Part shown: positions 28,258-40,094 of the stretch, in pieces
Layout of the letters: each line of letters begins with the position of its first letter
Numbering within the stretch: the first letter of the stretch is position 1
Assembly: GCA_963712275.1 (NCBI GenBank)
Contig: CAVQHD010000001.1
Location: forward strand, 96,001 to 160,000
Source of the DNA: an uncultured Rhabdochlamydiaceae bacterium
Lineage (GTDB): Bacteria > Chlamydiota > Chlamydiia > Chlamydiales > Rhabdochlamydiaceae
DNA length: 64,000 nucleotides
Reading direction: 5' to 3'
Position numbers and translations under genes: made by a program
The notes under the pieces: generated by a model
Told to the model about the DNA's origin: nothing
Seen by the model: only the letters and a program-made list of their open reading frames with translations
Database searches by the model: none

Positions 28258-28986
28258 CTAACCAGCAGCAGAGCTTTTCAATAAAGTTTGGAGTCCTCCG
28301 AACCTTCGAATATATTCTTTACCCCATCCTGCAGCCCAATGGGCAATCACGATACCTGGATGAATACCTCGATACATGAGCCAGTTATAAAAAGGAGAGA
28401 GTTCTTTAAACTGAACTTGATTTTTAACCAGCATGCACGTGAGGATATCTTGATCTCCTAGCATATTCTTATTCTGTTTCCGGCAAAGAGAATTCCATCT
28501 GTGTAAAAAAGGGCTTTCTTGCCGAAATAAAAATACTCCCGAATTATAGGCTAGCCTTCTAGAAAAGCGAATATCTTGTTTGGCAATGGCCAGTTCAAGT
28601 GGCTCTTCCCACTCCGCAAAAAGAGCATCTAGGGGCCCGCATACTTCGCAATCAATATCCATCCATAATGTCAGATTAAAAGGAGAAAGAAGACAGGCTT
28701 GCGGTTTTTTAAACCATGCCTGGCGCGCTTTCCAAAGGGGACCTCGGTATCCCTTAGTCCATCGCTTTATATTCCCCTGAGAGATTTTTTCCTTAGGGCA
28801 AATAAAAGAGTCATCATATGAAAAAGAGAGAATTTGCATCCGATCCTGACACCATTGCAAAACTTCTTTAGATAGGCCAAAGTCGACAATTGCAACGGGT
28901 CTGTTGTCATAACGAGCGTAAGAATTCCACCACCAAGGAATTAAATCTTCAATATTCCGATCGGCAGCAATTAAGATTCCTTCCAT
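28258..28986 (-). CDS. Putative GT-A fold glycosyltransferase
   Basis: WFKKP, LWMDIDC (DxD), YNSGV and GDQD motifs. Confidence 0.7.
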   Translation of the reverse strand: MEGILIAADRNIEDLIPWWWNSYARYDNRPVAIVDFGLSKEVLQWCQDRMQILSFSYDDSFICPKEKISQGNIKRWTKGYRGPLWKARQAWFKKPQACLLSPFNLTLWMDIDCEVCGPLDALFAEWEEPLELAIAKQDIRFSRRLAYNSGVFLFRQESPFLHRWNSLCRKQNKNMLGDQDILTCMLVKNQVQFKELSPFYNWLMYRGIHPGIVIAHWAAGWGKEYIRRFGGLQTLLKSSAAG

Positions 28987-29022
28987 ATCTGTAATATAAT
29001 TTTTTTTAAATATTATACAAAT

Positions 29023-29054
29023 AAAAAAACCCTAGCTAGAAATCTAGCTAGGGT
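29023..29054 (-). terminator. Rho-independent terminator of the rRNA operon
   Basis: ACCCTAGCTAG/CTAGCTAGGGT stem followed by a U tract on the minus strand, just past the 5S gene. Confidence 0.85.
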
Positions 29055-29063
29055 GGAAAAAAA

Positions 29064-29179
29064 ACCTGGCAGCAACCTACTCTACCATACTCTTGAGTAC
29101 AGTACCATCGGCGATGAAGGGCTTGACTTCTGAGTTCGGGATGGGATCAGGTATATCCCCTTCTCAATAACCACCAGGT
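29064..29179 (-). rRNA. rrf: 5S rRNA
   Basis: ACCTGG terminal helix; conserved CCCATCCCGAACTC and GTAGGTTGCTGCCAGG on the minus strand. Confidence 0.95.
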
Positions 29180-29668
29180 AAAACATTCGGATAAGCTTCA
29201 CTTATGTAAAATAGCACTTGTAGGATGTCATCATAACATCATCATGGCGCTTCAGCTTTTTATTATCATGGACTCGACTCTTAAAATTAAGAGTAAAGCC
29301 GACAATAAAAAGGAAGATCAAGTCAATCGACCGATTAGTATTGGTTAGCTAAAACGTATTGCGACGCTTCCACATCCAACCTATCAACCCGGTCATCTTC
29401 CGGGGGTCTATTGGGATACTTTATCTTGAAGGAGGCTTGGCGTTTAGATGCTTTCAACGCTTATCCTTTCCGAACATAGCTACCTGGCTATGCACTTGGC
29501 AGTACAACCAGCACACCATTGGTTCGTCCACTTCGGTCCTCTCGTACTAGAAGCAGCTCTTCTCAAGTATCCTACGCCCACAACAGATAGGGACCAAACT
29601 GTCTCACGACGTTTTGAACCCAACTCGCGTACCGCTTTAATTGGCGAACAGCCAAACCCTTGGGACCT

Positions 29669-30118
29669 CTTTCTGTTTTCCTACATTACTGTAGGTGTCA
29701 GACTATGCCTTCACCATATTCTCAATTGTTACCAATTGGAAGTTAGGTGCGAGCCGTGTGATAGATAATTTTTTCAATCTTTCTATCTCACATTGCCACT
29801 GAGATGACAATGATCAGTCGTTACGGGAGGCAACCTTCTTGGACCATTATCGCATAGTTTTTGCGTCGATTCGCAGATCGGACGTTCAAACGCGATAACG
29901 CATCTGCTATTTGAGCTTGCTCTAACAAGTCTTTCGAACTTGTAATCACTTATGCTCTTATAACTTCAGAAGATTCCTTTCCCACGACATTAACCTCAGA
30001 ATGATAAAATGATAATACATTTTGCCATTTAAGGCCTTCACCGTTTTGAGCTCGTTTATTACTCCAAAGTTTCCTTTGGAGAGAGAAGGTATGAAACTAT
30101 ATAAATAGTTTCTGGTTT
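29669..30118 (-). ncRNA. Group I intron (IA-like, no ORF, 450 nt) at about E. coli position 2533
   Basis: Ends in G. CCCGUAACGACUG (R), GAAGGCAUAGUC (S), P3 CGAGCU/GGCUCG, GNRA-capped P2 and P9. Removal restores GGGGCUGGAGA|AGGUCCC. Confidence 0.88.
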
Positions 30119-30190
30119 TCTCCAGCCCCAGGATGCGATGAGTCGACATCGAGGTGCCAAACCGCCACGTCGATATGAACTCTTGGTGGC

Positions 30191-30227
<37 letters not shown>

Positions 30228-30254
30228 AAGCGACGGCGATTCCACTTTCAACCG

Positions 30255-30286
<32 letters not shown>

Positions 30287-30679
30287 TGACTTGTTGGTCT
30301 CGCAGTTAACCTCTCTTATACCTTTACGCTCAACTCGTGATTGCCAACCACGATGAGAGAAGCTTTGGACTCCTCCGTTACTTTTTGGGAGGATACCGCC
30401 CCAGTCAAACTACCCGTCTGACACTGTCCATCTCCCGGATTCACGGGATAGATGTTAGAATTCCGACTTCTCAAGACTGGTATTTCACCGTTGACTCCAG
30501 CAGCCCTAACGAGCCACTTTCACAGTCTCCCAGCTATCCTACACATAAGAAGTCAGAAGCCAATATCAGAGTATAGTAAAGGTTCACGGGGTCTTTCCGT
30601 CTTGTTGCGGGTAAACAGCATCTTCACTGCTACTACAATTTCACCGAGTCTCTCGTCGAGACAGTGCCCAGATCGTTAG

Positions 30680-31174
<495 letters not shown>

Positions 31175-31360
31175 ACAAACTCCAAACGTGTAGTCTCTGG
31201 GGATTCTAGTTATCCTAACTAGTCTTTCCTGCGGATTGTCCCCATGTCTTTTAGATTTTTACTGTCCTACTTATTAAGTTGGGCGAGTACTAAAAGTTTT
31301 AGAGGAGTTTCCCGCATATAGTTTGGTTTAACCAAGGCTAGCGTTTCTTTTAACCTTAGG

Positions 31361-31592
31361 CATTTATGTTAGCTACCTATCGCTAGGCAGATCGGACTAT
31401 ATCATACCCCTAAATAAGGGGTTCTGGCGTATAGTCTCTGAGGATTCTATCTATCATTTCCTAAGAAATGATACAAAGTCTTTCCTGCTGATTGACTGCA
31501 GTCATAGATTGTCACCTTTATTAGAGGTACTACGACATACTTCAGTTGTTCCAGCATATAGCCAGATTTTACAACGGCCATCTAAGGATTTA
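31361..31592 (-). ncRNA. Group I intron L1923 (232 nt, no ORF)
   Basis: Inserted after U1923. IGS GCCGUU pairs exon AACGGU with U.G; AAUCAGCAGG, CAGAGACUA and AUGAUAUAGUC core; terminal G. Confidence 0.92.
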
Positions 31593-33836
31593 ACCGTTAT
31601 AGTTACGGCCGCCATTCACCAGGGCTTAAATTCAATGCTTTGCCTTGCGGCTGACATCTCCTTTTGACCTTTTGGCATTGGGCAGGCATCACACCATATA
31701 CTTCCTCTTAGACGAGTTTGCATAGTGCTGTGTTTTTGTTAAACAGTCGCCTGGGCCATTTCTCTTCGACCCGTTTTTGCTTCTCGACGCGAAGTCGATA
31801 ACAAAAACAGGCCCCTCTTCTCCCGAAGTTACGAGGGTAATTTGCAGAGTTCCTTAACGAGAGTTATCTCGCGCGCCTGAGAATATTCATCCTACCCACC
31901 TGTGACGGTTTTGGTACGGTCGCCTTCGAAAACTAGGGGCTATTTCTTGAAAGTATCGCGCTACGTCATCGGTTCCTCCGAAGATTCCCCTTGTCCAACA
32001 CCAGATATTCTGTGATCGGATTTGCCTGATCACCAATCCCATGTCGAAACGGACACATCCAATGGTCCGCACGCTTAACTTACTTTGTCACCCCGTCGTA
32101 TAATCTTACGGCGGCGCAGGAATATTTAACCTGCTTCCCATCACCTACGCGTTTCCGCCTTGGCTTAGGGACCGGCTAACCCAGGGAAGACGAGCTTGAC
32201 CCTGGAAACCTTAGGTTTTCGGCGAGATAGATTTTCACTATCTTTATCGTTTACTTATGCCATGCATTATCACTTGTATGCGCTCCAATGCTCCTAACGG
32301 TACATCTTCATCGCACATACAACGCTCTCCTACCACGTACAATTGCTTGTACATCCGCGAATTCGGCTCTATGCTTCGAGTCCCGAATATTATAGGCGCA
32401 AAGTCTCTCGATTGGTGAGCTGTTACGCACTCTTTAAATGATGGCTGCCTCTAAGCCAACATCCCAACTGTCTTTGAAACTTTACTTCCTTTCTCACTTA
32501 GCATAGAATTTGGGGCCTTAATCGGCGGTCTGGGCTGTTCCCCTTTTGACTATGAAGCTTATCCCCCACAGTCTATCTCCTGGTTTTCTTTCTGGTATTC
32601 GGAGTTTGATTTCCGTCGGTAGGGCTGTCGCCCCCCTAGTGAATTCAGTGCTCTACCCCCAAAAAGTCATAACCAAGGCTAACCCTAAAGTTATTTCGGA
32701 GAGAACAAGATATCTCCAAGTTTGATTAGCCTTTCACCCCTATCCACAGCTCATCCAAGACTTTTTCAACAGGCACTAGTTCGGACCTCCACAGGGTGTT
32801 ACCCCTGCTTCATCCTGGCCATGGATAGATCACTTGGTTTCGTGTCTGCATCAAATGACTTATTCGCGCTATTAACGCTTGCTTTCGCTTCGACTCCAGA
32901 ACGTTTTTCAGTCCCTTAATCTTGCCATTTAACACAACTCGCTGGCTCATCATGCAAAAGGCACGCCGTCAGCCATTTCCTTAAAAAGGACATAGGCCTT
33001 CGACCGTTTGTAAGCTGTTGGTTTCAGGATCTATTTCACTCCCCTAGCCGGGGTTCTTTTCACCTTTCCCTCGCGGTACTGGTTCACTATCGGTCATCGA
33101 TGAGTATTTAGCCTTGGAGGGTGGTCCCCCCAGATTCAGACCAGATTTCCCGTGGCCGGTCTTACTCAGGAACCCATCGCGCTCTTTTCTCTTTTCGCTG
33201 ACGGGGCTATCACCCTGTCTCGCTAACCTTCCCAGGTTATTCAGCTAAGATCCAAGATACACATGTGACGGGCCCTACAACCCCATGAATACGAAATTCA
33301 TGGTTTGGGCTATTCCCACTTCGCTCGCCGCTACTATGGGAATCTCTTCTAGATTTCTTTTCCTCTGCCTACTGAGATGTGTCACTTCGGCAGGTGTCGC
33401 TTTGTTTTTCTATGAATTCAAAAAACAATGATGAAACATGACTTTCACCGGGTTTCCCCATTCGGACATTTCCGGATCAATGCTTCTTTCCAGCTCCCCG
33501 AAACTTATCGCAGGTTTGCGCGTCCTTCATCGCCTATCGATGCCAAGGCATCCACCAACAGCTCTTAGCAACTTGATCAAAAAAAATGTAAGCTGCTATT
33601 CGCCGTAATTTATGTTATGAATAATCCTCAAGCGCTAATTTACATTAGTGAAAATTGCGCTCTGATTATATTTGAATACTTATAATTTATAACTTATCCG
33701 AATTGTCAAGATAACAATTAGTGTTTCCACACTTTATCTCTTATGTTTAGACAAGAGAAGGGAAGCGATGTTAACAAGCTAACAAGCCTGCTCAACCTAA
33801 TGGTGTCAACATAAAGTGACACACATTTTGTCCTTA

Positions 33837-35391
<1,555 letters not shown>

Positions 35392-35557
35392 AGAATTTTA
35401 AATAAAAAATTGAATAAAAGGCATTTAAACTAATTAAAACTTTAAATGCACAAGCTTGTTATTTTTATGCTTGAACATCGCTTCTCTTGACTTGTCTAAA
35501 CAACTTTAGCGACCTTACCGTCGCATTTTCACTCAAACTACTTTTGAGGAAGCCAAC

Positions 35558-35587
35558 AACATACTAAATAGCCCGATTTTCCCGCAA
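35558..35587 (-). promoter_or_regulatory. Candidate rRNA operon promoter
   Basis: TTGCGG-N18-TATGTT on the minus strand, upstream of the 16S leader. Confidence 0.35.
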
Positions 35588-35648
35588 CGTCTTTTGTAAA
35601 ATATCGTAAATTTTCTCATTTTCCATAGAGAAAAAGTTAGATATATTG

Positions 35649-35821
35649 GAGGTAGCTCGCAAAACTCAGATTCGTCGATTTTCGGGATTATTTTGGCCGA
35701 TTTTCGATCCAAATTGCGGGGGTAATATCGACTTTCAGTATATTATCCCCGCAATTTGGATCGAAAATCGGTTCAAAAGAACCCGAAAATCGACTGAACC
35801 TTAAGTTTTGCGAGCTACCTC
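35649..35821. mobile_element. 173-bp palindromic element, family A copy 1
   Basis: GAGGTAGCTCGCAAAACT...AGTTTTGCGAGCTACCTC long hairpin; overlaps the nhaD stop codon. Confidence 0.9.
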
Positions 35822-37076
35822 ATTGATTTAAAAGATAAGCCCCGATCCCTGCCAAGTAGCCTAATAAAACGGGAATTGAAACCTTCTTCATGTAGGAGAC
35901 AAAGTCGATTTTCTCCATTCCCATCAAAGCAACTCCTGAAGAGGATCCAATGATCAAAAGACTCCCTCCTGTGCCGGCAGCATAAGCGATCATCTGCCAG
36001 AGCGGATGATCAATGGGGAATTGATCCAACGGATACATCCCTATCGTAGCGGCGACTAAAGGAACATTGTCAATAATGGCAGAAAGAATCCCAATCAGGG
36101 TTGATAAAACAGCAAGATTTGGAATGTGGTCTCCTAACCATGTTGCAAATGCTTGGAGAAGCTGGGCTGATTCAAGAGCGCCGACACAAAGCAAGATCCC
36201 TAAAAAGAACAGAATCCCTGCAACATCGATCTTCGTCAGAATGTGAGGCACCCGAAGATGCTTTCTCTGCTCATAGGGAAAATGAAGCCCGTCTGTGACA
36301 AGCCATAAAAGAGCTAAGCTGATAAGCACACCCATGAATGGAGGAAGGCCAGTCCACGTCTTGAAAAACGGAACAAAGATCAGCCCTGCCACACCGAGTG
36401 CAAAGACAAGACGCGCCCCTGGCTCTTCTATCTCTAAAGACTCTCGCTTTGGCACACTGAGCCGCCCTTTCATTTTGATTGTAAAATAGACCAGAGGGAT
36501 CAGAAGAGAAACTAAACTAGGAGCAAAAAGGGCTTTTATCACAGCCCACGTAGAGAGCTGCCCTCCAATCCATAGCATGGTCGTAGTCACATCTCCAATA
36601 GGCGTCCAGGCGCCGCCTGCATTAGCCGCAACAACGACAAGGCAGCAAAACAGCAACCGCTCTTTTGCTTCGGGGATGATTTTCCGAAGAAGCGAAATCA
36701 TTAGAATCGTGGTCGTCAAGTTGTCTAAAACAGAAGATAAAAAAAAGGAGACAAAGGAGATCAACCAGATCATTTTTCTTTTGGATGTTGTCTGAATTGC
36801 ATCAGTCACAATTTTAAACCCTTTATGCGAATCAATCAGTTCAACAATTGTCATCGCTCCTAGTAAGAAAAAGACGATTTGCGCAATCCCTGCAATATGA
36901 TGATTTAAAAGAGAAATGTCCTCATAAAGCGTTGTGTGATCTGTCAAAAAAAAGACCGCCCAACAACTGACAGCCATCAAAAGAGCGACCGCTGATTTGC
37001 TCACTTTTAAGATGTGCTCAAAAATGATCGCCAAATAACCTGCACTAAAAATAGCTAGCAAAAGTACTGTTTGCAT
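35820..37076 (-). CDS. nhaD: Na+/H+ antiporter NhaD family
   Basis: LGAMTIVELID, LDNLTTT, NAGGAWTPIGDVTTT, DNVPLVA and GTGGSLLIIGS motifs. Confidence 0.92.
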   Translation of the reverse strand: MQTVLLLAIFSAGYLAIIFEHILKVSKSAVALLMAVSCWAVFFLTDHTTLYEDISLLNHHIAGIAQIVFFLLGAMTIVELIDSHKGFKIVTDAIQTTSKRKMIWLISFVSFFLSSVLDNLTTTILMISLLRKIIPEAKERLLFCCLVVVAANAGGAWTPIGDVTTTMLWIGGQLSTWAVIKALFAPSLVSLLIPLVYFTIKMKGRLSVPKRESLEIEEPGARLVFALGVAGLIFVPFFKTWTGLPPFMGVLISLALLWLVTDGLHFPYEQRKHLRVPHILTKIDVAGILFFLGILLCVGALESAQLLQAFATWLGDHIPNLAVLSTLIGILSAIIDNVPLVAATIGMYPLDQFPIDHPLWQMIAYAAGTGGSLLIIGSSSGVALMGMEKIDFVSYMKKVSIPVLLGYLAGIGAYLLNQ

Positions 37077-37088
37077 AAGCCTCTTACA

Positions 37089-38048
37089 TTAAGAAATTCC
37101 TACATGCATAATGTCATGCATGCGGATTAAACCCACAACTTGATTTTCTTCCAAAACAGGGAGCATCATGACCCATCGGTGCGGGTCTTTTTGCATGAGT
37201 TTTAATGCTTCCCACGCCATCTCTTTTGGGTCTGTTGTAATGGCAGCCCGCGTCATTAACTCTCCCAAGGTTTTTGTCATCACCGTTGGCCCTAGAGATT
37301 GGAGCGAGCGTCGAAGATCTCCATCTGTAAAAATTCCTTGAAACATCCGCTTCTCATCGGTGATGATGACGCATCCCACTCTTTTCTCAGAAAACTCAGG
37401 CAGCACTTCCTGGATTGTTTTTGAAGGAAGGCAAAGAGGAAGTTTGTCAAGAGAAATCATGACATCACGCACCATGGTTGTCGCTTTTTTCCCGATCATT
37501 CCAGAAGGGTGATTCTCGGCATAAGAAGTAATTGAAAAACCTTTTTTTCTCATGAGCGCCATTGCAACCGCATCTCCAAAAAGGAGCTGAACTTCAGTTG
37601 AGATCGTGGGAGCCAGATCGAAGGGACATAATTCTTTTTGAACAGGAAGCAAAATGGAGAAGTCTGCTTGAAGCGCCAAGCGGCTTTGAAGATTGGAAAC
37701 CCAGGCGATAATTTTAGCGCCCCGTTTTTGAATATAAGGAACTAAATGGACCAGCTCTTGGGTCTCCCCGCTTTTGCTGAGCATGATGACACAATCATCT
37801 TGCGAGATCGCTCCAATATCTCCATGGAGAAAATTCATTGTTGGCAAATAAAGGGCTTTGGTTCCTGTCGAAATCAGGGTCATGACAATTTTTTCTGCCA
37901 CAATTCCGCTTTTTCCAACCCCCGTTAAAATGAGAAATCCCTTTGTCTCAGCACAAAGAGCAATAACGGCTTCCGCACGCGCTTGATCGATTTGCTGATA
38001 AAAATACATCAACTGTTTTTGCTGATCATTAAATAATTCTTTTATCAC
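37089..38048 (-). CDS. kdsD: Arabinose-5-phosphate isomerase (KpsF/GutQ family, SIS + CBS)
   Basis: GVGKSG, HGDIG, SKSGET, APTIST and NHPSG motifs; CBS pair. The start is uncertain (GTG 38048). Confidence 0.9.
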   Translation of the reverse strand: MIKELFNDQQKQLMYFYQQIDQARAEAVIALCAETKGFLILTGVGKSGIVAEKIVMTLISTGTKALYLPTMNFLHGDIGAISQDDCVIMLSKSGETQELVHLVPYIQKRGAKIIAWVSNLQSRLALQADFSILLPVQKELCPFDLAPTISTEVQLLFGDAVAMALMRKKGFSITSYAENHPSGMIGKKATTMVRDVMISLDKLPLCLPSKTIQEVLPEFSEKRVGCVIITDEKRMFQGIFTDGDLRRSLQSLGPTVMTKTLGELMTRAAITTDPKEMAWEALKLMQKDPHRWVMMLPVLEENQVVGLIRMHDIMHVGIS

Positions 38049-38109
38049 AACTACCTGGTCCAATGATAAAGCATTGGCTTTTTTGTATGAAGAAGATAAG
38101 GTAATTTTT

Positions 38110-39525
38110 ATGACAGAGCATTCTATTACAGTAGCTCGAGGGGATGGCATCGGGCCTGAAATCATGCAAGCCACCTTGTTTGTGCTCAAAGAGTCAGGAG
38201 CCCGTCTCAACATTCATGAAGTCGAAATTGGAGAAAAAGTTTACCTTCGGGGAATCCCCACGGGAATTGAGCCTAAAACATGGGAAACGATAAAACAGAC
38301 AGAAGCGTTTTTAAAAGCTCCCATTACGACCCCTCAGGGAGGAGGATTCAAAAGTTTAAATGTCACCGTTCGTACAACACTTGGGCTTTATGCCAATATC
38401 CGCCCTTGCATCTCTTACGCCCCTTTTATCGCGACAAAACACCCCAAAATGGATGTGGTCATCGTCCGGGAAAATGAAGAAGATCTCTATATGGGAATCG
38501 AATACCGTCAAACCCCCGATGTTCGGGTTTCCCATAAAATTATAAGTCGTCAAGGATGTGAAAAAATTATTCGGTATGCTTTTGAGTATGCCCGTCATCA
38601 TGGACGCAAAAAGGTGACCTGTTTTACAAAAGACAATATTATGAAGTTTTCAGATGGACTTTTTCACAAAGTCTATGATGAAATCGCCAAAGAATATCCA
38701 GATCTTACCTCCGAACACTGGATCATCGATATCGGCGCTGCAAAACTTGCCACAACTCCCGAACACTTTGATGTGCTTGTTCTTCCCAATCTCTATGGAG
38801 ACATTCTGTCGGATGTCGCAGCAGAAATCACAGGCTCTGTTGGCCTTGCCCCTTCGGCAAATATTGGGGACTTCGGAGCGATGTTTGAAGCCATTCACGG
38901 CTCTGCGCCCAAACGAGCGGGGCAAAATACGGTGAACCCTTCCGGCCTTCTTCTCGCCGCCGTTATGATGCTGGCTTACTTAGGAGAGGCAGAGACTGCC
39001 ACCCGCATTCATGAAGCGTGGCTTAAAACGATTGAAGACGGAATTCACACTTACGACATTTTCAATGAAAAAATCAGCCATCAGCGCGTTGGAACACAAG
39101 AATTTGCAAAAGCGGTTGCTAAAAACCTCGGCGGCAAACCAAAACATCTAAAGCCCCCTATTTACAAATCAGCCACTAAAATCACCCCCATTCTTTCCCC
39201 TCATGAAACAGTAACAAAACGGGAGCTTGTCGGCGTTGATGTTTTCATTTATTCAAAGGACAAAGCCCCTGCTTTCCAGCAAAAAATCACCCACCTTTCC
39301 ATCCCTTCTCTCAAGCTTCAAATGATTTCCAATCGTGGAGTCCGTCTCTGGCCGGATGGCCATCCTGAAACATTTTGCATTGAACAGTGGCGCTGCCGTT
39401 TTGCCTCAACAAAACCGATCCAGCCGCAACAAATCCCAGAGCTTTTAGAAGTCCTTCTCCAATCAGGCTATGATGTTATCAAAACAGAAAACCTCTATAC
39501 GTTTGATGGCGTACCCGGATATTGA
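38110..39525 (+). CDS. icd: NADP-dependent isocitrate dehydrogenase (long form with C-terminal extension)
   Basis: GDGIGPEI, KAPITTPQGGGFKSLNV, RENEEDLY, NLYGDILSD and EAIHGSAP; ATG at 38110. Confidence 0.92.
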   Translation: MTEHSITVARGDGIGPEIMQATLFVLKESGARLNIHEVEIGEKVYLRGIPTGIEPKTWETIKQTEAFLKAPITTPQGGGFKSLNVTVRTTLGLYANIRPCISYAPFIATKHPKMDVVIVRENEEDLYMGIEYRQTPDVRVSHKIISRQGCEKIIRYAFEYARHHGRKKVTCFTKDNIMKFSDGLFHKVYDEIAKEYPDLTSEHWIIDIGAAKLATTPEHFDVLVLPNLYGDILSDVAAEITGSVGLAPSANIGDFGAMFEAIHGSAPKRAGQNTVNPSGLLLAAVMMLAYLGEAETATRIHEAWLKTIEDGIHTYDIFNEKISHQRVGTQEFAKAVAKNLGGKPKHLKPPIYKSATKITPILSPHETVTKRELVGVDVFIYSKDKAPAFQQKITHLSIPSLKLQMISNRGVRLWPDGHPETFCIEQWRCRFASTKPIQPQQIPELLEVLLQSGYDVIKTENLYTFDGVPGY

Positions 39526-39579
39526 ATTAAATTCGAGGTTGGGTACACTGGTGATAATTAAATTTTAGGAGGCAAAAAA

Positions 39580-40065
39580 ATGGCTAGTTCTGCATCTGCT
39601 ACTGCAGCAACAGCTGCTTGTGTATTCTGCCTAAAGAATATTGATATTCTAGATACAACATCTAAATTGAATTGTGGTCACCAATCCCATCGAGATTGTT
39701 TACAACCACGGCTAGATTCAAATCATAACACCTGTCCCTTAGATGGCAGGAGGATTGTTTCGATAAATGGTGTAGCTTTAGAACAATCAAAAAAAGAAGA
39801 AGATGTTCATGAGGCTGAAGGTGAAAATCCTCTAAGCAGAGCTCAAGTTTTATATCTTCAACAAAAAGGTCGAGCTGCAATAGAGGAGCAAGCTTTATTA
39901 AATCCATTTCCAATCCCTTACAACGTAACGCTTGACAAAAACTCTTTAGCTAAACAAATACAAATCAGATGGAATCCACACCTACGACATCCTGAATTAG
40001 AAGTAGTGATAAAACCTGCGTGGGAGGTCTTCTGGGATGCTGCCACCAAGAAGTTCTTCTGGTAA
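39580..40065 (+). CDS. RING-H2 finger protein (eukaryote-like, candidate E3 ubiquitin ligase effector)
   Basis: CVFC..LNCGHQSHRDC..CPLD pattern; AGGAGG RBS; Ala/Ser-rich N-terminus. Confidence 0.8.
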   Translation: MASSASATAATAACVFCLKNIDILDTTSKLNCGHQSHRDCLQPRLDSNHNTCPLDGRRIVSINGVALEQSKKEEDVHEAEGENPLSRAQVLYLQQKGRAAIEEQALLNPFPIPYNVTLDKNSLAKQIQIRWNPHLRHPELEVVIKPAWEVFWDAATKKFFW

Positions 40066-40094
40066 GTATACGGAGCTCTTTTCCCGAAAGACAA

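Noticed and set aside
29669..30118. Interpretation as an RNase III-excised intervening sequence or a group II intron
   Set aside because: The ends do not form a long terminal helix and no domain V is visible, whereas group I P3/P4/P7/P9 elements are.
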